NCBI GenBank assembly: GCA_030265395.1
Contig: JARFYF010000054.1
Span: forward strand, 11,910,935-11,974,934
From: Rhina ancylostomus
Lineage: Eukaryota
Reading direction: 5' to 3'
DNA length: 64,000 bases
In this document: piece after piece, positions 23,685-36,390 of the stretch
Layout of the letters: each line of letters opens with the position of its first letter
Numbering within the stretch: the stretch's first letter is position 1
Position numbers and translations under genes: made by a program
Notes under the pieces: generated by a model
The model's input: the letters and a program-made list of their open reading frames with translations, nothing else
The model's database searches: none
Told to the model about the DNA's origin: nothing

Positions 23685-24200
23685 CAAGGTTCCACAGACA
23701 GACAATGCAATGCTGTTGGAAATGCTGAAGATTTTTGAGCAGTTGATTCTGTGGTAAATGCATTTATGCTGAACAAAGTTTTCACTGCTGTTTTGAAAGA
23801 AATATTTGTTTCTAAATTTTTTAATGAACTTTGGATGTGCTCAAGCGTGCAGTGTCATCTGCATGTAACTGCAAAATTGTGGTCTCTCCTATGTTTAAAC
23901 AGTTTAGAATTAACAGATGCTACAGTGTTATACCAATGAGGATGTGAATTTCACATACTTTTTTTGTCTGCAAACTTAAATTTGTACTTTATTTTAATAA
24001 GAAGTTGTTGTATGGAAGTTATTTTATGAACAGGTGTATAGTTACAGTGAAACTATTACTCATCTAATTCATGACAAAGTTGAATAGGTGATTTATCATC
24101 AAAATGTCGTAATTTTCTGATTTAAGTGTCCATTACTGTAAGGAGCAAAATTTGACTTTAACGCTGTTTACATTATCTTATTGTTTGAGAAGGAGTGTAA

Positions 24201-24206
24201 AATAAA
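24201..24206 (+). terminator. Candidate DDX52 polyadenylation signal AATAAA
   Basis: AATAAA about 520 nt after the stop codon, followed by T-rich sequence. Confidence 0.55.
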
Positions 24207-26679
24207 ACTTTTTTTATTTCATAATTGACAAATCTCTGGATAATGTATTATGGTTAATGCAGGGGCATGAAAAAGAGAGGAGAATCAATGAAGCTATTAC
24301 TACATCCAATATTCCTAGTTGTACTTCACAGCTTTCAATGAAAATATAGTTATTTATTCTTAATGTGGAATTTATTTCCCATCATTGGTTTTTCTTAAAC
24401 AACATATTTGTGCTGTCAAGATGATACTTATAAGTCAGTTGTGATGATGTGGCTCTGATTTCATGTGGAAGGCAATTTGAGTAACAAAAAGTTGCAGTGA
24501 TCAAACAACTTCACAATTACTTCATTGAAATTTTCTGCCACTTACACTGCCCAGGCTAATGCCAGGGAGCCCCTATAATAAGCTAACCATTTTTGCCACC
24601 ATTCAATTTAATTTACAGTCATATTAAATATGCCATTTATCTCAGAGAATTCAATAAGCTTCTTGTATGTTGAAATGTGATTAAGTATTGTTATCTATTC
24701 ACCCCAAGAGCTGAGTGCCTTGCTACAGCAGCAGCACTGTTGCAAAAAGAAATGAATTTGCTACAAATCCTAACTATTGAAAGAGCTATCCTTCCCTTAT
24801 CTCTTATTAATCCCCAAAGAACAGCTGATTGAAGCTCACTGAAGTCTCCATTCTCTGTCTGTGTCTGAAGTCTCTTGTCAGCTGTTTGCTAAATGCAGAT
24901 TATCTTTCAGTTTCCCGTCAAATAAATTATTCCTTGTGGAGCGACTGGAGAATTAACACTGTGCCAATCATCACATCAATATGCAGTCAATTACTTTATT
25001 ACAGTTCAACTGTTAAAATAGAATTCCACTTTTACAAACTAACAATTTTCTTGCTACTTTGGCTAATTCTAGGGGGTTATTATAGTCAATTTTTTAATCT
25101 GATGAAAATCCCTAGCTTTTTATGTTACAGCTCTTTGATCTTTGAAGCCAATTATCAAAATGAATAAACTGTAGTTTAAGGTAGTCTGTTCCAAACATTA
25201 TAATTTTTAAATTATAAAGAGTCAAATTGTAGATGTGTTACAAATTCCCTCCACTAAGCATCAATCTGCATCTATTGCTTTCCAACATTACTTGCAAACT
25301 TTGGTAGATCTAATATAAATTAGCAGCAATCCCTTGTCGGAGAGAATATGGGTACTATTGCTATGGTCTGAAGTTTTGAGTCCATATATTAAGACTGCAA
25401 AAAGTGTTGCAGAAAGATGAGGCTTTGTTCCTTGAACTTCATTGGAACAGTGTAGAAAATGGAAACACAAAAATCAGATGCAACAAAAAAATCAAAGTGG
25501 GTATTGAAATNNNNNNNNNNNNNNNNNNNNNNNNNNNNNNNNNNNNNNNNNNNNNNNNNNNNNNNNNNNNNNNNNNNNNNNNNNNNNNNNNNNNNNNNNN
25601 NNNNNNNNNNATAAGATGCAAAAAAAAAATCAAAGTGTGTATTTAAATGCAGACTAGTTATGTGCATGAAAGACCAAGGTGCTCACAATATGGTCAAATA
25701 ATCTTTGGCCAATATAATGTAGAGGAACCTAGAGAGTGGGTGGTGCACAGCCAATTGTAGGTTAATACACATGAATTGTTAGAGCTTAGCACTGAAAGGC
25801 ATAATTTAGTCAGTACAAGAGAAACGTTCCTACGCAACTATCTTGATTTCATGATTCCAGACATCAGCCAGTTCAAGTTTTAACACCATTTCTTGAGTTG
25901 TCAAATGTATCTCAGCTGAAAACACTTCCAATGATGATCTAAAATCCTATCAATGCACTGGCCTTTTATTACTTTATGATGTACCACAACTACATAATGT
26001 AATAGTGTAAAAGATGTTGTATTTGATCATGTAGTTTCCACACAAGTATTTTTCTTTACCTTTGTAAGGAATATATATAATTTACTGAAGTTGAGCTATA
26101 GAGTATTTTGTTTCAGGACTTGTTATTTGAACTCTGCAGAGCAAGGCCGAATCCACACACAAAGCACTAAGATGTACCTGCCTTGGAGGTAAAGCAAATA
26201 AGTTGTATTCAGTACTGGATAAGATGCTGCGATACTTTTGGCTTACCTTGAGCAATGCAAAAGGAGCCTTGTGACATAATAGTCTACTTATTTTGGTACA
26301 AACGATTAGTTGATTTGCATTTTGGTTTCTGTTCCTTCACCCCAATGCACTCTTTATCTCAAATGCTGATATAAAAGACGTGATCTTTCCTGCATTTAAA
26401 CCGTCTGCTGCCTTTCATTTTGTGTTTAGACATTTCATTTAACAATTCAACAGATAAGAGAGAAAGTCAGCGTACTATTCGTCACAATAACAAGATCTTT
26501 CCAATATTTTTGCAATGTTAATGAACCAAAAGAGTGTAACAACAATAATGAGGTCAGTATATGGTGCTGAATGGTGCATTGCACGAAAAGTAAAACCGTG
26601 CATGGTTTAAGATGATATACTTATATTGAGATAGCATTTCTGGTCATGAAAATGAGGTTCACGCAAATTAGGATGCTTT

Positions 26680-27200
26680 GACAGATTCCAGTGAACCTGC
26701 CTTCACAGCCACTGCCAAGCTCTGCGGAGCGGTGATTGACAGGCGACTGTGCGCTGACCTTTGGGGAGGAGGGAGGAGGGGAGGGGGTTCGAACCCGGAA
26801 GTAGTCGCTGGTTGACAAGGAGCCGAATCAAGATGGCGCTGCGACCAGGATCGGGAGGCGGTGGCGGCAGCGGCAGTGGGTAAGTGAGTGTTGGGGGGCA
26901 CCGGTTCTCCGGGACCCTCTCCTCCCCTTATAAAGTGATGTGGGATTTAACGCAGCTGCATCGGCGGCGACGGAGAGACGGGGCACTGGGGCGCTCGCTG
27001 CCCGTCGGATAGAGGGGCCCAGCCCGGCGATCTCTGTCCACCCCCGGACCCGGCTGGGCAACGCTCACCGCTGTCATTTACTCCCCGCCTCTCCTCTTCT
27101 GTTCCCAAAATTAACCGCCAGCCTTTCCTTCCTTCCAAACCGGCTGTAAAAGCCCCGAATCTGAAGCGAAGCGAAACCCACCCCCTCCCTTATCGTTGTT
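26680..27200 (+). promoter_or_regulatory. SYNRG: CpG-rich promoter/first exon region of SYNRG with ETS site (CCGGAAGT 26795-26802) and YY1-like site over the ATG (CAAGATGGCG)
   Basis: The only clearly GC/CpG-dense stretch in an otherwise CpG-depleted window; motifs read directly from the sequence. Confidence 0.85.
26833..26879 (+). CDS. SYNRG: SYNRG first coding exon MALRPGSGGGGGSGSG
   Basis: ATG in aagATGG context; MALRPG start as in synergin gamma; GG|gtaagt donor. Confidence 0.95.
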
Positions 27201-27831
27201 AAAAAGGGCAGAATGGAAGAAAGTACAGGATTTTATTCCCTCCTTTCAAGCTGTAGTGTTGCTGTTTGAAGGTAATCTGATGTGCTGCACGCTGAATAAT
27301 TGATGTTGCAGAAGGAAATCGGCCCCTCATGCATCTTTCATCCGACCTCATTTCTTTTTATCCATCATTACTAATTTAGGTGCAACTTCCTTGATTAGAG
27401 GGGGATTCATCATTTGATCGCTGCTTCCCCCTTTCTCTGTTCTTCTCCCACGCACTTAAAACAATGTTAGTGCAATAGAAGCATTCATAAAAATCGGTGC
27501 TGGCATCCCAGGGATCATGACAATGTGAAGTTTCCCAGGATCATAATGATGGAATAAAGCAGTTTTGAAATTGCTTGGTTTCTGTCCCAAGTGTGTGAGA
27601 TTGTGTTTTATATAGCAATGAACTATATTTTTGTTGCTCAGCAGGTCTGACTGCACCCATTTTTTATTCTTGGGCCCAGTCGGTATGAATGAATCATTGT
27701 TTTTCTGCTGGCTCATTGATCACTAGCAAATAAATCCATGTTGCAAAAAATGAAAGAAGGATTTGTAACGTTCAATACTTTTTGTCCTGCTATTTATTTT
27801 GGAAAGATGCATACACTCAGTTATCATTATA

Positions 27832-28105
27832 TAGTAACATAATGGTGAAGTTACTGAACTATCAGCCAAAGTACTGGACTAAAGGCATACATTTAAATCC
27901 CAACAGTTTAGGAAGTTAAATTCATGTAATTAAATCAGGAATTACTTTGAAATTACTTGATTGTAGTAAAGGTACATCAAATTCACTTATGCTCTTCAGG
28001 GAAGGAACTGTGCCATTCCTACCTTGGTCTATATGTGACTCCAGATCTAACAACCTGGTTGATAACTACCTCCTTAGTTCAGGGGCAATTAAGGATTTCA
28101 TGGAT
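27832..28105 (+). mobile_element. Old tRNA-derived SINE with L2-type tail
   Basis: ctcttcagggaaggaactgtgccattcctaccttggtctatatgtgactccag is shared with 33550-33610 and, reversed, 53660-53730. Confidence 0.6.
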
Positions 28106-29874
28106 GAAAAAACAAAATATAAGTAGTAGCAAGGGCCTCTAATTCTGCTTTAAGGCAGTGCCTAACAATTTGAAAAACACCTCCATAATAAAAAGGAATA
28201 TCAATCAAATGTTGCAAATGTCAAAGAGCATTGTCAAAAATAAATAATGTATTTCTCCTTTGCTTCATTTCAATCTCCTACCCTAGCAGCTTGTCATGCT
28301 TCCATCTGCAATTGGCAGAAATGGGATTCAAGTGGATTAATTTTACTGGTTAAGTTCAGCAACAAATGATTACTACATTGAACAAGTTGCTTAAATGTTA
28401 TGAATGCCCTCAGCCAGTGTTCTCTTTCTTTCCTTAATATATTTAATATCAGGCTTTCCTGATAAATGGCAGCTATTACTTATGAAGTCTTTCGATCCAC
28501 ATCATCCAGAAGGGTTTATGACTCCCTGAAACATGGAATTAAATGAATTATTGGTTGCTATTGTATATTTCTGAAAGCCTATTAAATTGAGCTAAGTGAC
28601 ATATTTTGTGTAATGTTGTGTCATTTAGGTTTTGACTTTACTAATTAGTGAAAGTTGTGTTGATATATTAGGAACTTTAGTATTGAGAAATGGATCACCA
28701 TTCTAACTGATGAGTTTGGGAACTTAGATGCAAGAAGAATTGTAAGATTTCCTCTCCCATACACTTCTTGTTCCACCCCCACAGCCTGAGTTATACAAGA
28801 AACTTTCTTTGGTACCAGCTTTTTCAAAGGCAACACCATGCTAAGCACATAAGTAACATAGACGTGACAATACAATGGAAATAATGTGAGCCATGCAAGA
28901 AGCATTCCATAATAACTTTTTTACGTTAATGAATTTGAACATCTAAACCTGCACAAATTTTCTGAGAAGCCAAAAATTCATGACCATCAACATTAAAAAC
29001 TTAATCTTTCTGATAAAATGGAGTGATGAAGATTATTGCATTGTAAAATAGCTGTATTCTGAGCACCAGTTTTAAGTTATATATGAATGATTTGATCTGT
29101 GTAAGAAAGTGGGATATGTTAGTAATTTTTGTTTGGCAACTTACAGTTGGTAATTTTTGCTTCTTGGTCCTAGAGTGATTATAATTTTGCTTTTGGATCA
29201 AGTGATATATGCTAGTTCAAGCAAAGTTAGTACATAGTACATTGAGGGTTGAAAGACCGTTGAGAGCCTTATTAACAAGAAGCACAATACAGTCATGAAA
29301 AATGAAACCATCTGGTTAACCAGGCAAACAATGATGTTTAATCCTTTGTTCAAGCTTAGTGCAGAACAGCATATTCGGTTTCCAGAATAATATAAAACAA
29401 ATCACTTACTGCTTAATATTTTATAGATATAACATTAAATTCTGACTTGCAACAATCAATTTTTGTTTTCATTTGTGACCTGATCTCTCGGTTGAGGATT
29501 AAGAGGTTATATAACTGTTTTCAGTTATAACGTTTGCGATGAATTTTAGTTTATGAATTTTTCTAGAACTTTAACAGAAGGGACTAAAACATATTGAGTT
29601 GTGATGCATCGGTTTAGTGGTTTTAGATTGAACTAATGATGTAGAAGCCATAAGTTTAAATTCCCACCACTCAAGGTTTTCAATAAATATTTCTTCTCCA
29701 ACACTGAGCACATCCCACAAATATTAAAAAAAGATTTGTTCATATGATGCAAGGCAGTGACATGGCCATATGACTATAGGGGTCTCTTGAATAGAACTTC
29801 TAACTATCTCTTGATATGAAAAAAATAGTCAAGGCATCTTGTGATAATTTGCATAAACTGAAGTACTTTTCCTG

Positions 29875-30040
29875 CCTCCATCTGCTTATCACCCCTCCTT
29901 ACCTGAATCCACCTATCACTTGCCAGATCTTGCTTCATCCCTTCCCCTCACCTCTTCATATTGACTATCTTCCCTCTGTCTTTCAGTTCAGATGAAGGGT
30001 CTCGACCTAAAATGTCGACTGTCTATTTCCTCCACAGATG
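29875..30040 (+). mobile_element. Penelope-like pLTR fragment with hammerhead motif (29984-30021)
   Basis: CAGTT-CAGATGA-AGGGTCTCGACCT-AAAA-TGTC-GACTG: stems I and II retained, core boxes mutated. Confidence 0.75.
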
Positions 30041-30279
30041 GTTCCTGATAAAGATGACCCAAATGAAGATGAGGTTACTGTTACATTCAACATCTAATAT
30101 ATGGTTGTTATGTTCCCAAACATTTTTCAGTCCTTCTAACACAAAAATTGTATCTTCCAGACACAGTTCCTTCATAAAGAGGACAGGCATATGATCTTAC
30201 ATTTCCCTTCATCCTTTTTAGTTGCTGGCCTTTACATTTTATAGCACAAAACTGACAACTTGATTGAGTATGAGAGCCC

Positions 30280-31930
30280 TATATTGATTAAGGCGTGGGA
30301 AAATGGGGTCAGTAGACCTACTAAGGTGACTGATATTATTCTTTCCAACTGAAATTATAGGTAGAGTGAGATGGGGAGGATTGTAATACATGTAGGCACC
30401 AATGACATCAGCAGGAAAAGAAAAAGAGGTTGTGCATAATTGGTATGAGTATCTAGGCATCAAATTAAGAAACAATGTTAAAGGTGATAATTTCTGTGCT
30501 ATTACCTGAGTCACTTGCAAATTGGCATAGGACAAATACTGTTCGAGGAATGATCCTGTGACGTGAAGCCTGATCTGCTAGAAGTGGGTTCTCATTCATG
30601 GTGCATTGGCATCATTAAAGGGGAAAGTGAAGACTGTACCACTTGGGTGGTCTAACCTGAACTATGCTAGGACCTTTGTTTTAATGAGTCATGTAACTAG
30701 GCAAGCAGGGAGCATTTTAGATCAGCTAAGGGGTCAAAGTCGCAAGAATAAATCAAAGAGTAGTGCAAAGCAGCACAGTGGTGTTAGTAGTGCCATTGCT
30801 TCATAGCTCCGGTGACCCAGCTTCAATCCTGACCTCCAGTGCCATCTGTGTGGAGCTTGCATGTTTTTCCTTTGACTCTGTGAGTTTCCCCTGGGTGCTC
30901 TTGTTTCCTCCCACATCCCAAAATTGTGCAGGGTGGTAGGTTATTCAGCCACTGTAAATTGCTCCTAGTGTGCAGCTGAGTGGTAGAACCGGGGGGCTGG
31001 AGGAGTTGATGGGAATGTGAAGGAATAAAATGGGATTAGTGTTAATTGGTGCTTGACAGTGGTGCAGACATGATGGGCCAAAAGGCCTGTTTCCATTCTG
31101 TACAATTCCATGACAAAGCAAGAGAGAATACTGTCCTGGCCAAATGATAACGATTATGAAAAGAAGAAATAAAGAGGACAAATCTAAGAGTAAATCAGTA
31201 GATAAGGACAGAGATTACAAAAATAATAAAAGAATAAAGTTAATGGCTCTCTATCTGAATGCATGTAGCATTTGAAATGGGACAGATGAACCAAGTATGC
31301 AGATAGAAATATTTATGATATGAGAGCTATTATAGAGATATGATAGCAGGATGACTTAGAATGGGACCTGAATATTGAACAGCAGGAAGGACAGCAAGCT
31401 AGGAAAAGGTGGAGGTGTGCCTCTTACTTAATGATAGTCTTGACACACTAGAGAAGGATGACCTAAGTTCAGGAGACTAGGATGTAGAAGTTGTTCAGAT
31501 GGAGATGACAAATGATAATGGAAAAAGTCACTTGTGCGAGTGGCGTACAGACCTCTTGAACAGAAACCACATGGTAGGATGGATTGTAAAGGAAGAAATA
31601 AGGGGATTGAAAGATACAAGATCACGAGGGGTCTTAAAGTGCATGTAGAGAGGATGTTTCCTTTTGTGGAACAATTTAGAACTAAGGGTTTAAGACAGAT
31701 AAGGTGAAATCTGTCAGAGAGCTGTGAGGCTTTGGAACTCAATTGTGGTGGAAGTAGAATCTTTGAATATTTTTAAAGCAGAAGTAGAATGTGTGATAAG
31801 CAAGAGACTTAAAGGTTGCTGGGTGTAGACAGTATAGAGTTGAAGTTGCAGTGAGATCAGCTGTGATCTCATTCAGTGATGGAGCAGCCTCAAGTGACCT
31901 TCACCTGTGTCTAGTTCACATGTTCTGAAT
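30280..31930 (+). mobile_element. Internally deleted CR1 LINE: ORF1 esterase end plus endonuclease start fused to the 3' end
   Basis: catgtaggcaccaatgacatc gives HVGTNDI (SGNH esterase block of CR1 ORF1); gctctctatctgaatgca gives ALYLNA (APE start); CR1 3' region from about 31610. Confidence 0.7.
30770..31113 (+). mobile_element. HE1/V-SINE-like SINE nested in the CR1 remnant
   Basis: Colinear with 15222-15572; caaagca occurs at both ends (30766-30772 and 31114-31120), a possible TSD. Confidence 0.88.
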
Positions 31931-33314
31931 ATATTGCAGCATTTTATGAAAGTAGTTGTCAAAAATGCAAAATGAGTAAAAGAGTGCATGGGCAGATTAG
32001 TGTTTCATGGGTGATCTGTTCCACCTCATTCAGCCTGTTGTCAATACATTTGTTAATAGTGAAAGGCTTTTTATTTTGAAGGAGGGCAGAGCAATCAACA
32101 ACATCATTTTACATAAAAATTAGAAAGAGCAAGTTGAGGGCAGCCTCAGATTGGTGACACCATAATGTGCGAAAAACTTACCTGCATCAAATTTTGATCA
32201 GACCAACCAAACAACGACATTGAAAACCCCACTTGACTATTTTCTGATCTAATTCTCCATTGTGACTTGTGTTTTGACTGTTGACAGCATGTTGAGGGAA
32301 TCTTTTCAGAATAATTAGTCATTGTGTTTATCACTGAAGTTTATTACTGTGGAACCTTTTCATTCCAAAATAATAGATAGGGTCTTGGGCTTAATTCAAA
32401 AGACATTCCTTTTAGTCATTACAGCATGCTTCTCTGCACTACAGTGAAGTGTTAGACAAAATGGTTAGTTTAGTTTTCTAGAGTAGGGCTTGAGCTCAGT
32501 ATCTTTTGATTTGAGATTGAGAGTGTTTCCACTTTACCGAGACTTATTTATTCTCTGTAAGCTGTTCTGAGTCGCGTTGCATTAATAAGCTTGTTAGTAA
32601 TTTTTTTGTTGTTTATGCGTTCACATTGTCTAATTATGAGTCATGATGGTAATGTGCTGTGGAATAAATGCCATCTCAGGTGGAAAAACCTGCTTGGTTG
32701 AATTTCCCACCAGTATTTTCCACCCAGAACCACTGTGTTTAATAAGTAGGGTTGACTCTCCAGTGTTAAGTTAACCAGTAACCCCAGTGTTCTTGTTTTA
32801 AAATTACTGACATAATTTAGTAATCCTAAAGATTTTCTGTCAGAAATTTATTTTTGAAGCACAACATAATCAGTGTGATGATTTATGAGATGAAATTTGC
32901 AAGTTTTACGGCCTAAGGTCACATAGAAACCTTATTGTGACGCATATTTTTCCTGTGGGTCCAATTTTGAATTTTGATCTGCTCCTTTACCTGACATTCT
33001 GAGCATCATAACCTCACAAATAATAGGTTATAACCCAAGGCATGTTTATTGAGACTTGGGGCATGCTCATGGTTCTGCACCAGTATTGTGTTACATTTAA
33101 TATGTGGGAGCTGCTGTAAAAATATGAGGGGTTTCACAGTAGTCTGTCACAAATTTGACGTGGAAGTTGGTGGCCTTTGTTGAGTTGCTGATGATGCAGG
33201 CAAAGCTTGGAACTTGTAATTTAATGACGCATAGATAATTTTTGTGAATATAAAACAAAGCTTCTGTGGAAGTTGAGGTTGGTAACTAGCTACAGTACTA
33301 CTCTAATGAACAAT

Positions 33315-33715
33315 AGTAGTGTGGTGTTTAAGTTACTAGCCTAGCGGTCAGCAACGTGGACCATTGATCCAGAGAAGAGATCAAATCCTGCCACAGCAAT
33401 CAGTAAACTTATTTTAGTTAATTAAAATTAAAAACTTAATTAAAAAAAATTCTAGCTCCTCTTAATCATTTAAATTTAAGTAAAGCTGGTCTCAGTCACA
33501 GTAAACAATGAAACTACATGATTATCATTAAACAAAAGCATGTGGTTCAAAATGTTCTTTAGGGAAGGAAATCTATTTTCCTTGCCTGGTCTTGCCTATG
33601 TGACCCCAAATTCACCAATATAGTTAACTCTTGGCTTCCTCCTGAGTCCAGGAGTGATTAGAGATGAATAATAAATACTGACATTGCCAGCACCATCCAC
33701 ATCCTCTGAATTAAT
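33315..33715 (+). mobile_element. tRNA-derived SINE with L2-type tail
   Basis: Head gtggtgttaagttac...gatcaaatcc; body ctttagggaaggaaatct...cctatgtgacccc; tail ataaatactgacattgccagcaccatccacatcc. Confidence 0.65.
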
Positions 33716-34754
33716 ACTTCTTTTAAAAAAAGTATATTTTTATATATTGCCACAAGCATTCAAAAACATATGCCAAGGATATAATATTTTATGACTGGCT
33801 GTCATTCTCAATGCTGCCTGAAAAACTGAAAGGCTGAGTTTTGTTAATGTATTGAATAGCAGTAGCTGGAACTTCAATATGGTTTGCAATTTTTAAAAAA
33901 ACTCTTTATTCTCTTTTTCCATTCTGTGATTTACTCATTGATGTTTTTGAAGGAATACTCAGGATGTGGGGATTGTTGGATTGATCCAGAAATGTATTCA
34001 TTGATCTTTTTGAGATAATGTTTGGAGTTGGGGTGAGTTTGCTTGTTTGGGGTCATTACAGCACAAGAGGTAGTCATTCAACCCAGCGAATCATTGTCAG
34101 GTCTTTGTTGAGCAATCTAGTCAGTCCCAGTCCCCTGCTTTTTCCTCTTTGCTTGCAAATTATTTTCCCTCTTCCACTGATTCCACTCCACTCCACAGGG
34201 ACAGAATCTTAAATAATAGAATTATTATTTAATCTACGTAAAGTAAAAGTTTATCCTTGCACTCCAGTGTATCCATTGCCTATCACTTCAAATCTCTGTC
34301 CCCAGTCCTTGAAGTGGAATTCCTGAAATTGCTGTGCCCATCAAGGATCATTTAAATTGGGCAAGGCTGGAGGCTCCATTTTCAAAAGGGGAATACAGTT
34401 GTATGTACGCTTAAATGAGTAGCTTTTGCAATCCTTTTCACTGTGATATTAAAAACTTGGCATGGAATTGTTTGAATGTTTTAAACTGTTGAATCGATTT
34501 CTGCACTTTTCTTCTCAGGCCCCCCTCAGATTTCCTCTCTTGCTTTACTGGTCCCCTTTCTCAATACCTATCAAATTTCCCTTATAAAGTATTTATAGAC
34601 TCAATAATCAATTGTTGCAGTATATTTCACCCTTTGTATAAAGATTATATTTCTCTAATTTAATGTAGGTTTTAAGAACACAGCAATTTAAATTCTGTCA
34701 ATAGCCTGTAAAGATCTGTTATGCTAATTTTATTTTTTTGTACTTTGGTTGCAG

Positions 34755-34795
34755 CTTCATGTTCCCAGTATCAGGGGGATTAGTTCCTCCCCAAG
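34755..34795 (+). CDS. SYNRG: SYNRG exon FMFPVSGGLVPPQ
   Basis: ttgcag|C acceptor, G|gtatgt donor, 41 nt; matches FMFPVAGGIRPPQ. Confidence 0.93.
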
Positions 34796-35035
34796 GTATG
34801 TATGGCAATGCTGCAATTCTACCATGCATATCTTGATGCTTTCCTTTTATATACATGTAACATTTGTGACCCATTATGTATCCTGTGTTGTTCTATTGCC
34901 ATCAATCTTTTAACCATTCATTACAATGCCCTAGTTTTGCATGTATTTCTTTTAATGCATTCATGAGTTCTAAATAAATTATTCTTCAGTTAATGGATTT
35001 GGTATATGAAGTAGATTAAAATTGGGAAATGCATA

Positions 35036-35152
35036 ATAAGATAAGATTTCTTTATTAGTCACATGTACATCGAAAAACAAAGCAAAATGCATCTTCACGT
35101 AAAATGTTCTGAGGGCAGCCTGCAAGTGTCGCCACGCTTCTGGCACCAACAT
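35036..35152 (-). mobile_element. 5'-truncated copy (tail only) of the SINE at 47133-47427
   Basis: ataagatttctttattagtcacatgtacatcgaaa...aagtgtcgccacgcttctggcaccaaca is nearly identical to 47133-47245. Confidence 0.85.
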
Positions 35153-36294
35153 ATAATTGTTTTGAACAGTGTGCTGTGTACCAGATGGCCCTGCTTCTCC
35201 ATATATATGTTGTCTTTTGTACAGTAATGGAAATGGTACTGAGGTTAGTTGCTGTTGGTGATGCTTTCGGTAATGAGTGGAAGAATTCACTCATGATCCC
35301 TTTCTTTTCACTACACCCTCACCTCCTGATGCTCATCACTTAAAATGAACTAAGCAATGAACCTTGTGTTCCTTGTCCTTTCCTCTATTGCTGTCATTTG
35401 GCACCCCACCTTACATGCAAGAAGTCAGAATCTCATTGGTGATAAGATATAGTTTGGTATAGCCAAGTTTTCCGCTTTTTCCCAGCAGCTTTCTCATGTT
35501 CACCCATGGACACATTTTCCATACATAGGTTAAATTTCTCCTAAATTAACATCTGCGTCCGTATTCTCTGCTATCCATGGGTTAGCATGACACAGTTTAA
35601 TAATTAACCTTGAGTCTCAGCAAACCACTTACCAGAAAATACATTCACCCTAGAACGCATTTTTAAAAGAAAACTTCTGCACTGAGTATGAAATATGTGC
35701 AAGGTTTAACTACAGATAAAATAAAATGCTAATATATTTTGCATAGACTGAAGTGGCAGCACCAGTACATCCTTTACTACTTATACAGTTACTTGTGTTT
35801 TGTACATTAAATTAGAGTGAAAGGAAAGAACATCTTGAATTTGTTTTTTTTTAATTGCACATGACAACACTCTTCAGCAAATAAGGTAGGAGCAGATTTC
35901 TTTAGTGATTGAAGTGTTGATGGGATTAAAATTGGTATCTCATTGTTAATGAGCACTTGCATCTTTCCATATGAGGAGGCAGCTTCTCATAACGCAACCA
36001 GAAAAGGAGGCCATTTAGGATCTCATGTCTGTGTCTGCTCATTAAATTCTCTAAATCCTCTCTGCCCGTATATTCCCTGTATCTTAATAAGTTTTCAATT
36101 TTTGGATATTTATTTGAATCACATTTAATAGTAGTAATGATCTTATCTCTGTCCTTGCTTCTCATAGAGTATTTCATTAAGATAAATAATTTTTAGCATA
36201 TTTACTTAGTCATGTAAAAGTTAAATTTATCTTATGAAGTCCCCTTTAAAGCACCCCTGACTTGTCTCTGCTATTATGTAAAGAACTCCCTTTT

Positions 36295-36390
36295 ATTAAA
36301 ATAAAAGCAGAAAGTGCTAGAAACACTCAACCATTCAGGCAGCATTTGTGGAAAGCTTCAAGTTGAAAATCCTTTGTTAGAACTTGGATT
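36295..36390 (-). mobile_element. Degenerate Penelope-like pLTR fragment
   Basis: aaataaaagcagaaagtgctagaaacactcaaccattcaggcagcatttgtgg resembles 23235-23290. Confidence 0.55.

Noticed and set aside
26715-26805. tRNA gene suggested by an A-box-like tgcggagcgg and a B-box
   Set aside because: No cloverleaf or acceptor stem and no poly-T terminator; the intervening sequence is a purine tract.
26621-27149. Antisense and overlapping ORFs at the SYNRG promoter
   Set aside because: Expected by chance in stop-poor GC-rich sequence; no recognisable protein.
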